A stretch of 62,538 nt of DNA, counting the filler, from Sphacelaria rigidula (taxonomy: Eukaryota): the NCBI GenBank assembly GCA_964200075.2. It is 9 parts of 9 records of this genome, joined end to end, with 100 filler letters (N's around TTAATTAATTAA, not from the genome) between each part and the next. Parts side by side here need not be neighbours in the genome. Positions count along the whole stretch, not along the records: positions 6,961 to 13,820 come from CAXNAA020017716.1; positions 13,921 to 20,780 come from CAXNAA020017717.1; positions 20,881 to 27,740 come from CAXNAA020017718.1; 6 more parts are not named here. The stretch is one strand, 5' to 3'. The position numbers and the translations under genes are program-made. Position 1 is the stretch's first letter, and each line of letters starts with the position of its first letter. Shown here piece after piece: positions 12,181 to 24,300 of the stretch. The notes beneath the pieces are model-generated. The model was not told where the DNA came from, did no database searches, and was given only the letters and a program-made list of their open reading frames with translations.

Positions 12181-14314
12181 CCTCATGTTGCCAATGCACA
12201 CCCGTACCGTATAGCAGGCCCGTATTTGACTGTATTTGCCAAGCAACATACGGAATAGACAAGGATAGGAGCAGGTACTGCTGAAAATGCTGCTGGAAGA
12301 TGATTTATGGGTAATGGCTACATGTATTAAAATTTGGGGAGGGGGGAGGGGGGGGCGCGGGGGGGGGGGTCACGGCCTCACATGAAAACGTTTCATGAGG
12401 CGACTTTTTTACTGTTTCGCCGTATATGTGAGAAGCTTCATATGCATGGTCGGGTTGTCCCTGTAGGCGCCAGCCTCATGCATAGGTCCTTGCACGAATA
12501 AATAAAGTATGCAGAGGAGGCGAAGCGTCCTTGGATGGAGTCAAGGAATCATCCGAGTGCTTTGCTGGCATTTGGATTACTCACATGGCCGACATTGTAT
12601 CAAAGTGATCAAGAGTGGCCATGATGTATCCTAGTAGTCTGCTAGTGTATACGAAACTAAAGTGAATCAGGTGTTACAGCAAGCTGTAATTTTGCCAGTC
12701 AGTGCGTACCGTGGAACGTACCCACGTCCACCTCCGGCTGGAACATGGCTCATATACGTAGGAGTGGCATACGATATACCGCGGAAATAAGACTCCCCAA
12801 AATCCATAGAATTTCAAGTTCTTTGGGGCTAACATGTCTTTAGAGTTCACATGTCTTCAAAATTGGGATGCGGAACCCCCTTGACGGGAGTAGGTTTACT
12901 AATTCCACTCGTGCTGGTATATAATTCTTTTGAAACCGACGTTTTGCTCATGACATTAGCGGCACTTGACTCCCATTGCCCCCGCAGCAACACTGTCCTT
13001 GTCTGTGATTGTCTCTAGTGTGGAACCCCCCATACACCCCAGGGTTCATGGTCTGGATTTCGTTGGGACCAGAGTTAGGATTAGGGTTGGGTGACTCGGG
13101 TTGAGTTGATGCGATGATCAAGAGTGGGACAAGGGGCCACTGTGTAGACAAGTATCAACAGGTTAGCAGTCTTACGCCAAAACAAAAAGTAAGAACATAC
13201 GTGAATGCCCGCACACGAAAAAGCATTGAACGTTTCAGCAGCAACTTTAATTGTGGAATTCCCCATCGTGGGGGCAAACCGGTTGGACACTAGACAGCAG
13301 CTGTGAGTCGATCGGCGGCACGTTTGACCCATGCGCAACAAGTAGCATATCGATAAGAGATCTTGGCAATGCCGTCGATAGGCACGGCTTTCCCGCAGAC
13401 CAAACTTCGTGCACTAACCCTTGATTGATATGTCGACACCCTGGTGAACCAGCTTCCACATCATGTGCAGCCGGGCGGCCGCTGCGCTGGCAAACAACAT
13501 CGATATGTCTAACTAAGATTACGTGTGAACGCTCCCGTGCAAGCGGGACAATTAGACCTACTCTTGAAACAGTTGTTGTTGTCTTCACATTTAAAACCGT
13601 TCCGATATCTGCGCGGTACATTTGTACTGGGCATTTGATGCGGACGCCTTCCGTGGTCACAGGCTAGCAAAAAACAAAACAAAAAAAGCAAAATAGATCC
13701 AGATTCAAAAACTCACAAAACGCGATACAAGCTAAACAGGAATAAATCATACTGAAGAAAGGGAGTACATATGGCTAACCTCAGAAGATCCGGTGCCGCA
13801 GGTGGCCATTCGGACTTCAGNNNNNNNNNNNNNNNNNNNNNNNNNNNNNNNNNNNNNNNNNNNNTTAATTAATTAANNNNNNNNNNNNNNNNNNNNNNNN
13901 NNNNNNNNNNNNNNNNNNNNCATGTAACCCCCCCCTCCCCCCCCCCCCACCCGCGCGCGCGTGTACCCGCTCTACTGTACCGATATTCACGGTGAGCAGC
14001 TGTGCCGGCAGGTTTTTTCGCCAGTACTCACAGTAATCGTTGTTTCCCCCCGATTAGATATCGCACCCATACAACGTTTCATTTTTGTGTTATTTTTGCG
14101 ATGGCCGCGGTCGTAAGTTTTTCATGTGCACGTTCACTTCTGCGACAGGTCCATTCCAGTTCTGTGCTGCTCTGTCGGCATGCTCAGCCCCCCCCGTCCC
14201 CCTCTCTCCCTCTCCACCCTCCTACACCACCCTCCTGCCCGTTCACCCTTGCTACGCATCGCTTCCGCCGTCTTGATTGCTTTCCAAACGAACGATTGGT
14301 CATTTTCCACGCAG

Positions 14315-17300
14315 CTGGACTTCGCTACCCCCGTGCCGGACGCGGTCGTAGACGCGTTCAATCGTGTGTTGACAGGGGACGTGATGTACGACCGGAAGTT
14401 GCACGATAGGGCCTTGGCGATCTACGATCAATGCCTATCCTCGGGGGCGTTCGATGGTGCGGTGCGCGTTGTCTTGGTAGGACTTGATGATGTTGCGGGT
14501 TTTTTTCCCTCGCATGAAGTAGTATCCACATCCCCCCCCGCCCCCTACGAGCCTCTTCTTACCTTCTTTGACGATAAATGATTTATAGATATAACCTGTT
14601 TCGCCGGCTAGGTAGCGGTGAGGATGTTTTTGTAACCTTTTTTCTCTACATGTTTCCTGCGTGTGTTGGGTTATTGCCGAATCAACAATCTCCGCGAGAG
14701 ACTCTCCTGTGAGTGTGTGAACTCTGCTTACTATTTGGTTTGCTACCACTTTTCTGACCCCCCATCAGCTTTCCCACTTTTTTTTTTCCCTTTTAACTTT
14801 TGGGATTTTTCTTTGCTTTGGTCGCGTTGGTGGGAGCTAGGGTTCGATTCCGGAACCTTTTTCTTCATGACAGTCACAGAGTTATCTCATAGTGTCGCTT
14901 ATGTGAGTAGGCGATTCCCTCGACGGGATTTTACCCCTTTCATGTGGCCGTATCCACAGATGTATGGGTTGTATCGTCACCGATAGACGAATATAACACT
15001 TGAGATACTGTCGGGAGTAGATTGTTGCCACTCAACCCATCCTCTCCGTTATGAGCGTGAGTACGTACAGTAGTAGGCTGGCGGTTGGCTGTTGGCTGAT
15101 GCACACACACACACACAGGTATGCACGAAATTTGAAATATTTGAGTGACTGGCTGAAGTAGTGACCCTGTCCGAGCCACAGTAGTGGGCGGTCTAACTAA
15201 TCATTTTGTGGTGTTTTGTGATTTTTTCGTAATTGGCGATTTTCTTGGACTCTTTTCGCTTGCCACCGCTTATCACATTGGGGATCTGAAGATATTCATA
15301 TCCGCTCCACATTCCAAGAAAGAAAAATCATCTGTACTCAATATTGAGTTACTTGCGGGCTGACCGGTCATTGGGGGTCCTGCCACGTTTCAGCCCAGAT
15401 TCTTATTCTTCGGTATTTTCGGTCGATCGAGCCTGTTCCGATCACATTTGTGAAGAAATGTGAAGTTTTTTTTTTCAATTTTAGAGCCGAAAAACTGTCT
15501 TTCACGGTTAATAACACCCTCCTGATAAACGGGGTATTTACTCGTACCGCCCCATAAAACACCAAGAAACACTGGCTTGGGCACTGTGTTTCAAGGATGA
15601 TTTGTTTATTGCACCAAAATCTACCGACGCTAGCGATTTGGAGTTCTATCGAAGAGTAGTACGCGATGAAAACCCCAAGGCACCCCTGAATTGTTAGACC
15701 GCCCACTACTGTAGCTTTCCATGGGCTATTTTTCACGTTTGCGCTCCATATTTGTATATATATATATGTATATATTCATACATATCTTGGATGTAGGGTT
15801 GATGTTTTGTTTTCATCTGAACACAAGTCGAAACGTGCTGCATGCAAGGTAGCGACGGGGCTCGACTGCTCCGTGTGAGAGTTTGTTTTGTCTTCCTGAC
15901 TGAGCATGCCCACACAATGCTGTGCCGCACTTCTTGTCTAGCGACAGAGGGGTGTATTCGTGCCTTTACTCCATGCTTCCCCGCGAATAGAACTCTCGAC
16001 TAGAGCGTTGACTGGGCAGCATGAAAACGCCGCGAGCAGCCTATCATGCACAGGAATGTTAGCAGCTTGGTCTACCGCTGACGTGCTGTACGTGGAGCAT
16101 GTGGGCAGTGCTCCCCCCCCCTTAATTTTCGGTCAGCGTATCACACACGTGGTAGTACTTTTTTTTTACTCATTTTACCTTGAACATTTCTGCCTGTGCG
16201 CTCGGTGCTCCCGTGTTGATTCTTCATGCGTGCATTATATGGACCCGTTCTTTTTTGTTGTGACTTTTTGAAGCGAAGGACAAGAAAAGCTTAATGGTAC
16301 AATCTTTTTTTAGTAGCTTGCGTCGATCAGGCGCGATCATGCTTGATAAATCCCATTTCCCCTCTTCGTCAAAAAAAAACATGAGCGACCAACCATTCAA
16401 ACATCGCCCTCCTGCCCGCCCGCCCAAACCTCAACGACTACCCTTGTGCGAACCTCTGATGTTTGTGGACGGGTCGGCAGGTAGCAGCCGTGCTCTCAGC
16501 GTCGTTAAATTGAAGCAATCGCAGGCAATGCGTATGATGATCAGAACTGCGCAGCAAAAGAATAGGAGCAGTGGTGGGGGAGGCAGCGGAGAGTGTGCTG
16601 CGTCCCTCGAGGTACAGAAAAAAGGAAATAAGGAACATTGTCCTTCGTTTTTTCGCTCCACTCGTGTACCGTGTTGTTTCCACGTCCGATAGAGGGACAA
16701 ACACCATGTCGTTTTGGAGAGGATGGGAGACAGAGGGGAATTGAACTACTATTTTCCTCTTCATGGCCATCGAATCAGCCTTTCTTTTCAAAATCGTGGC
16801 TGAAGGATGAAATATTATCGGGCAACCCACCCTTACAATTGCATGGCTTTGGATGTATGGTGTAGTAAGCATACCACGCAGAACAGTAGTAGTCAACGCT
16901 TCGCTTACCAGAAAAATGTGCTCGAGTATCTCAGTCCATACAAGAACAGCTGGCCTGTCAACTAATGTTCAACATTCTAACCGAATCGGTTTTCTATTGA
17001 TTCATGTCGGCAGGAGACGTTGCCGGGCCGCTGCAAGTAGCACTCCTCAAACCGCAGACCGAAACTCGTGGACGAGAAGTCTCCTTCACAACAAAAATAC
17101 GTAAGGAAGGGTGAGAACAACAGATCTTCACGAAGACCTATTCACCTGAGTTGTTCACCTGATCATTCATGCATTTTGTTGTCCCCACACCCGCAGGAGG
17201 CAGAAGCAGCCGCACGGGAATCCATTGAGCTCTGGAGAACCAACGCGGCTGCGTGGCTACACCTTAGCGATGTGCTTGCGGACGCGGTGAGTATATTCAC

Positions 17301-20300
17301 ACCAAAACCGATGAACGCACTGCACGTAGTACATGCGTGGTCTGTCGGGCGTGTTCTGTTCTTCAATGTTGCTGCTGTTGATAACCACAGAGTTCTCGTC
17401 TTGTGCGGGTCGTGGGTGCCGTGTAGTCGGTACGTAGCTTGTTTCCTTCCCCAAAGACACACAAACAAATTCCCCGATGAGCACCGAGTATTGCAAGGTG
17501 TTGGCTCGCAGCGCGTCAGAATAATGCCGCTGAAATGCGCTTAGTACAACACGTCGGCCGTCAACTTTGAGACGTTCGTTGCCGGGAAATCTCTGTGCGA
17601 TCAGTCGTGAGCATCCTGGTGTTTTGCTCAGGCACTGTTGGTGTTGGTGGTGGCGTACCCTTTTGGGGAGACGCATAAAACACCTCGGTGCAGTCTTCAA
17701 CGCCACTCTTCACCATTCATGCCGTGCTCGATCTAGGGAAGGGTCACCGAGTCATGCTTCATTCGAATACCGGACGGTTGGCTAAACTCCAGGTTTTGCC
17801 TGCCGAACAGGGGACTGTCTCGCCGAGTTACGTACGCCATCGCCCTGCAATGTCTGGAGAATCACTGAAATGATACAGCTAAAGTTCTCCCCAAGGCATT
17901 CGCGTGTTCGTTGCTTTGCAAAGTGAAAAATATCAACCATAAACTTGTGCTGTGCTGGATACCATGAGCCGGCGACGCTGAATGAGCCCCCTTTACAAGG
18001 CCCTGGGGAGCGATCACTCGGTGAACTCACGATCATGATAACGCATGTCACGCAATGCCAGTTCTATTTGTCTGTATGTTGTTCTGGTCTCTTGTTGTTT
18101 TACCCATCTATTCCGCACTTTTTTCTCGTCCCCCTTCCCGTTGCTTGGCGCCTCTTTCCGCTTGTGTCGTCGCCCGCCTGTCGTATCCATGGTTGCCGGT
18201 TGGAACTTGTAAGGGTCGCATGGATGAAGCCTTAGAGGCTTTGGAGTCCGTCAAGAGAGAGGTGCCAGATTCCAAGGGTGATGCATTTGCCAGAGCAGCA
18301 GCGCTAGCACAGAGATAGCCCCCGACCCCCCCGAGTTTTAGAGCAAGTATAGGAGCGGTGTGTAGTTCCATGAATGAGCTGTCATCTACAGGGGTGGTTA
18401 CTCCGAAGCTTAAACGGAATTTTAGTACCGTAGTCTCGTCACGGCACAGGTCGTTTTGATACCGCCGATCGCAGCCGGGTGCACCGCAGACCGGCTGAAC
18501 GATTGGGAGATCAGATACGTGCAAAAGTCGAGCACAAGCCGACGGCAGTGCGAAGTTTTCTGTTGGATTGTGGAAGAGGTTCTGCCGGGTCCCCCCCCCC
18601 CCTCTTTTGGCTTGGACTTCCTAATCAGCGATGACTGTGGAGTGGACGAGACAAGATGACTCGCTCGTAAACGGAAAGTTGCTCTTATTGAAAAAATTTG
18701 TGACAGGCGGGGCAGATTAGAGTACCTGATGTGCCCCGGGCGAGGTGTTCCACCGTAAAAATGAACGTCAAGAAACTTGATAATGAAAAATTCAAAGCAG
18801 AAAAAAATCAGAGCAACGATCAGCCGCAACACACCCTCGCTGCGTAGCTTCCTTCGTGAAGAGAATTGGGACGAGAAAACGGCTTTCGGGTGTGAGAGAA
18901 AACCTCGCATCTTTCCACTCAGAGTTCTCAAGAGTCTTGTTTTGACCAGAGAACTGCAGACACCTTCGCCATAAGGGATCCGGTCATCGACAGCACGTTT
19001 TGGATCAGTTTCCTGCAGGTCTTGGATGACGTCATACGTGCTCCAAATTTCTTCCGGCCTACAGATATCATGTCCGTGAATAACACTACCTGTTTCTTTG
19101 AAAAATTTTCCTTGCATGTTCCCCCGTCGATTTTTCTTGGCGAACGCAAACGTCTATTAATCGGGCCATTTCATCCATGCCCAACAAGCTGTACGATACA
19201 AAGGATATGTTCTTCCATGCGGTTCTTGTGTTTGAATCCGAAGAACGTTCTGGCAACAGATTTCGAGATGGTCTCATAGAACTGATGGAAATTGCTTCTG
19301 GAAGCTTCCGGAGGGAAGAAGACCGGTATCGATGAATTGGAGCATGATTGTAACACTCAAGTACGTGGCGTATCGGCTCCCGCCGCCCCGTATGTGGTCA
19401 GTCTCCTAGCCGCCCACTTGTCTACTTGTCTTCTCCGCTTTCTGTCCAGATCAGCGTCTACCAGGGTGTACGGTTTTATGGGTTCGTGATTCTAGTATCG
19501 GTGTGTTTTGCCATAATCTTCTGTGAACAATTCCCATTTTCAAATTGGTTTTCCAACTTTCAAGTTGGTTGTTGTCTCAGGCTATTCCAGATTCGGCATT
19601 AGATTTCTGTCACAGAAAACACTCTCGTTTTTTCGGAATACTTTAAAAAAAACAACGAGACCTTTTAAAAAAACTGCTCAAACCATGACTCCATTATATG
19701 GAGTACAGGGTACTACATTGAAAACAAGATAATTCTGCAGTGGTATATGGAGAACAGAGAACTACCCTGAACACAAGACAACACGGCAGTTCTGCAGTGT
19801 TTTCTAGTTTTAGAACCTGAAGATGAACTGTCTTCTGTGTGCATCAGCTTATCTTGTTGCAAGATCACAGCGTCCTGACTGATACTGTATGTTACAGCTT
19901 GGTTACAGAGAGACGAACACAACAATACAGCACATCAAGCAATCTCAGCGGAGACCCAACCGTCTTCGCAAGGTCTAAACACACCCCAGAACAGTGATAG
20001 CTACAGCACATGAGAGCGCAAGTGAGTGTGTTTGTGCTGCAGTACAGTGAGACAAGACATGTCCCATGTTTCAGTTCTTCGGCTGATTTCGAACGGGCCC
20101 TCAGTGTTTGCAGGGTGCTGGTCTTAAACGGTCGGACATAATCGCCCTTCGCGCAAATAATTTTATTTTCGCCCCAAGATACAGGCAGCCATGACAGCAG
20201 CAGAAGCGGCCTTTCACTCCTGCGTGCCCGACCTGGGGCAAACGCACGCTGTAGCTACAACACAAAGAACTTTACAAAATGATATCCCGCGTGCACGTTG

Positions 20301-20780
20301 ACCCGCAGGTACAAGCGGTTGCGTGCATGATGTGGCGAACTGCATAGGGCAGCGCAAAATCAATGCAGCAGAGGGGTAGGCTGAGGATGTGGCGTTCTGT
20401 GGTGTGCTTTGTCACCGTGCACCCTGCCGCTGTGCAGTAAGCAGCTAGTACCACCGAAGGCGTAACGTCGCGGTTGGTACGCAGTGTCGAACCTAGAGCA
20501 GCAAACAGCATATTTCTTGTACAACAGACGAGGATGTGTGTTTCAAGACTGATGCGCAAAGAGTGGGACCCGTTTCTAGAGAAATCTGCACTAACTCGCC
20601 CTGTTCTTGTTGATACATGAATCTTTTTAGCAAAAAGCGCTTGTAACATGTGCTGTGACGAATGTCATGCGTCATGCAACTTTCTCCCATGTGCGGCATC
20701 GCCCGTGAAGCGAGCTGTTGAAGCTAACAGTGCCAACCCCTATTCCCACGATGACCTCCAGTCTGAGCTCGAGATAATTG
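14315..20780 (+). pseudogene. Spliced TPR-like gene with lesions (exons ~14315-14456, 17014-17100, 17197-17286, 18214-19360, 20710-contig end)
   Basis: AG/GT-bounded exons: LHDRALAIYDQCLSSG; VALL/SNR..QQKY; EAEAAARESIELWRTNAAAWLHLSDVLADA; GRMDEALEALESVKRE; RAVEANSANPY. One exon needs a frameshift and the long exon contains stops. Confidence 0.65.
15179..15711. mobile_element. 533-bp Tc1/mariner-type MITE in an intron
   Basis: Perfect 19-bp TIR CAGTAGTGGGCGGTCTAAC; flanks CA / TA. Confidence 0.88.
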
Positions 20781-20929
20781 NNNNNNNNNNNNNNNNNNNN
20801 NNNNNNNNNNNNNNNNNNNNNNNNTTAATTAATTAANNNNNNNNNNNNNNNNNNNNNNNNNNNNNNNNNNNNNNNNNNNNCGTGTTTTATAGCGCCACCG
20901 CCAACCGCCGCCAACCCCATCGGGGGTCC

Positions 20930-20980
20930 GCCCCTACAAAGCCGGGACGGAGCACGCTTGGTTCTCGCCGGACCAGGCTT
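20930..20980 (-). repeat. Repeat family A core fragment
   Basis: Reverse complement reads AGCCTGGTCCGGCGAGAACCAAGCGTGCTCCGTCCCGGCTTTGTAGGG. Confidence 0.8.
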
Positions 20981-21323
20981 TACGGGTGGGGGGGGTGGGG
21001 GGCTGTCGCGGCATCAGTCATTGTCTGCTACTGTCGATGCTATTAGACGTCAAGTGAACAGCGGTATGGCGATGTTTTTCGTTTCCAATGGCACAACAAT
21101 TCAAGACGCTTGAGTACAGAAACCAGAGTTGCGAAAGAGGTAGGTCTTCACGTGCTCAGCGCAGTACCACAGCGTCCAGATGGCTCTTTGTGGAGAAAAA
21201 TATTCGTTTGTTGTAATTTCATGCCAACCCAATATCATATCGTACGGAAGCCGCCTTTGCTTTTATCCCGGACACGTGATTTTGTATAGGTAAATATCAC
21301 GTACTCACCTATACTAAGGTCCA

Positions 21324-24300
21324 ATGCCCGATATTGACCGCAAACGGCAGGCTGTGACACTCGCCGATACTAGAACCATTCGGCCTCGATCAGCAGCAGA
21401 CAGGCGTTCCGGCGCGGCACCGCTGGCGGCCATCACCCTGGGCGGGGTAGGTCCTCCCGCCGATGTGGACTTGTTTTTAGCCAACGCCCAGGATTGGGAC
21501 GGCCCCAAGGTATGTGTCATGTTCCACAGTCTGTGCGTAGTTTCTACTCTTGCCCGTACATTATACATCGTGGATCTAGTATCCCGCGAGGTTGCGTAGG
21601 TAGAAATGAACATCCTGGTTTGACCAGCTGCTCGGCATGGTGCTCAAATGTGTTGTGGTTCTACGCTACAACTACGAACACTTGAAAAGTGGTAGGATAG
21701 GACGATATTCCTCGCCTATACCTTCAAATAAAAGCAGTAAAAATGGGTTCAAACTAACAGGGAGTTTTCGTGGAGATTATTATATGGCATTATCCCGAAA
21801 CTAGAGATGGAAGGCAGCCCGCGATTGTGCAATGGACAGCTTTTTGTGTACACGTGATGATTCACCGACACCATGATTTTTCTGAACACGATACAACTAC
21901 GGTCGATGTAACCCGTAGTGTTCGAGCGTGGACACAACCTTGAAAGTCACGTTGCAGCCGATGGTCGAAGCCTGGAGCTAAGAATCCCCCCTTACCAGAT
22001 AGTTAGGTTTATCGGCGAAAATTGTGCGATCTGCAATGTTCGAAACTATTCACTCTACTGCAGCGTGCGGTTACAGGACGACCGCGTGACTATGGTCCAC
22101 ATTCGGGAGCTGGTATAGACATGAACAGTTAAGGCGCTACTTCTCAACTTTGAGCACCCGAAATTCTGATAAATACTACAACTTTGTAAACCTTTTACAT
22201 GCCAGGGTCTTATCGCTCAAGTCGTAGCTGGTGCAAAACTTTGAAGATATCAAAAATCCCGAAAACCACTCCTACATGATCCAACAATTCCACTCGAAAA
22301 GCGACTACCAAACTGACGACGCCCTGAACAAAGGCCGCAAAACGTCCTGGAACCCCCGGCAGATCTACGCGATGGTGCTGAACCCAGAGGAAATTGCTAT
22401 AACAACAAAAGTGCTTGGGATGGAAGACGTCGTTGGACCCGACACGTTCATAGTGGCGCTCGTACGCCCAGAAGCACCTGCCGGGGAACGACGTCGGAGC
22501 CCACAAAATGTGCCCCGAAAAGCACTCATGAACCTCGTGTCGGACCTCTGTGAAACGAGGTCAGCAGCCCACAACAATTTCTTCTTTCTGTAGGCCTGTT
22601 GAACGTTTTTCGAAGGCCGTGCCGTATGAGCCTCGGACGGCGAGGCTTGAGGCACGCATGGTTCTGGTCAAGACTCTGAACGGAAATCGTGAGAATTGAT
22701 ATCGACGAGAAATTCTGTTTGCGACTATGGTATTTTTGTGTATGGTCTGCTTTGGTCGGGGTCAGAGGGCACGAGACGGGCGTCCTTTTTCATGTCAAGC
22801 TACGTTGAGCAACATGTCGCCTCGATGGTATCGCATAGCTCAGATTCTGGCCATTTTTTAATTTCCTTTTTTGACTCTTCCTTCCGCATTTCCGTACAAT
22901 GTATTGCTCACCTCGAACAGGCGAGAAAGGTGATAGAGAGACAATTGAAAGAAGCGCTTGAAATAGTTAACTACATACGAATTTTCCATCAGCATCTCGT
23001 CCCATCAATTATACCAACCCCTGCGCCATCCATACCCCGTGTCCCATCTTTTCCGTCACCAGGTACCTTTTCATCCTACCGGGTCCTGTCCTCCTCGGTC
23101 AAAACGCCTACGAGGGAATAAAAAACCGCTTGACCGATGCTACGAGCCAACCGCCCGTCAGACAGTCCCCGTTACCGGGACCGGTCACTCTAGTCATACC
23201 CGTTTCTCCCTCTCGTCCTCCTGTGGCGGAAGACACCATTGCGTCCCCAACAATATCTGGCGTGCTTGCCGCTGCAAATCATGTCCTCCCCGCCGCCGGC
23301 ATATCCACTCCCGCGGCCCCCCACCAGCCGCGCCGTGCTTCAAAGTCTCTCCCTGCTATCGGCAACGCAAACGTTGCCTCCGGTGGTATCGATTCGACGG
23401 CCGTCAGTGCTTCTGGACGAGCCTCAAAGGCGGTAGCCGACAATGCGCGTACTGCGGTCGCGGCTGCGGAGGCGGCAGAAGCGGCGGCCGTAACGGCGGC
23501 GGAAGCGGCTGCCGGTGTGAAGGCCAGGGTCGCGGAGGCAACGGCGGTTATTGAGAGGACGGAGGAGATGCTAAGACGAGCGGAGGCAGCACACAAGGCT
23601 GCGGAGATGCAGGCGATGGTGCAGGCGACCGCGCAGTCTTTAATGGTGGAGACAGTGAAACCAGACTCCGCGAAACCTCCCGGAAGCGACAGTGTGAAGC
23701 ATGCGGAGCAACAACCGTCGGCCACAGTTCACAGGGGTGGAAAGGACCCCGGGGAAGCCGTCGCACCATCACATGGAGCACACGAGAGCAAGAGCGCAAA
23801 AAAATCAAGCCAAGTGAATCCTCACCCCCCGACAGAAGCAAGCACGAGCAAGGTGATCGAAGGCAAGGGAGGGCACCATGACCACGAGAAAAACGTTGAC
23901 CAAGGGCACCACCAAGAAAAAACTCTGAAACCAGAAGAAAGTGAAACGCAACATAAGGTGTCGACATCTGCACAGCCTCGTCCGCGATCCGGTGACGTAA
24001 AATCTCAGCAGAAATCTAGAAATTATCGACGACGGCTAAAATCTGCTTCAAACAGTGGTTCTACTACTGGTAGACCTACCCGAGACGGATGGGATGACGA
24101 AGGACAAGAGGAGAAATGGTTGCGGACTCTCTTATTGTCTGCGGCAAATATGGCGGGATTGGTAGTGGATATGTGGAGTCCGGGCGCGCAGTTTCTGCGG
24201 CAGGTTGAGGTAAGACCATAACGGCGAGGATCGATCGACCGATCGCCCCGTGTGATGTGATATCGCGTTCTTAGTTGGGGTAGTGCCGTCACGATGTACT

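Noticed and set aside
13250-13520. Ankyrin-like peptide on the minus strand (LFASAAAARLHMMWKLVHQGVDISIK)
   Set aside because: One degenerate repeat with a stop and no clear splice sites; too weak to call.
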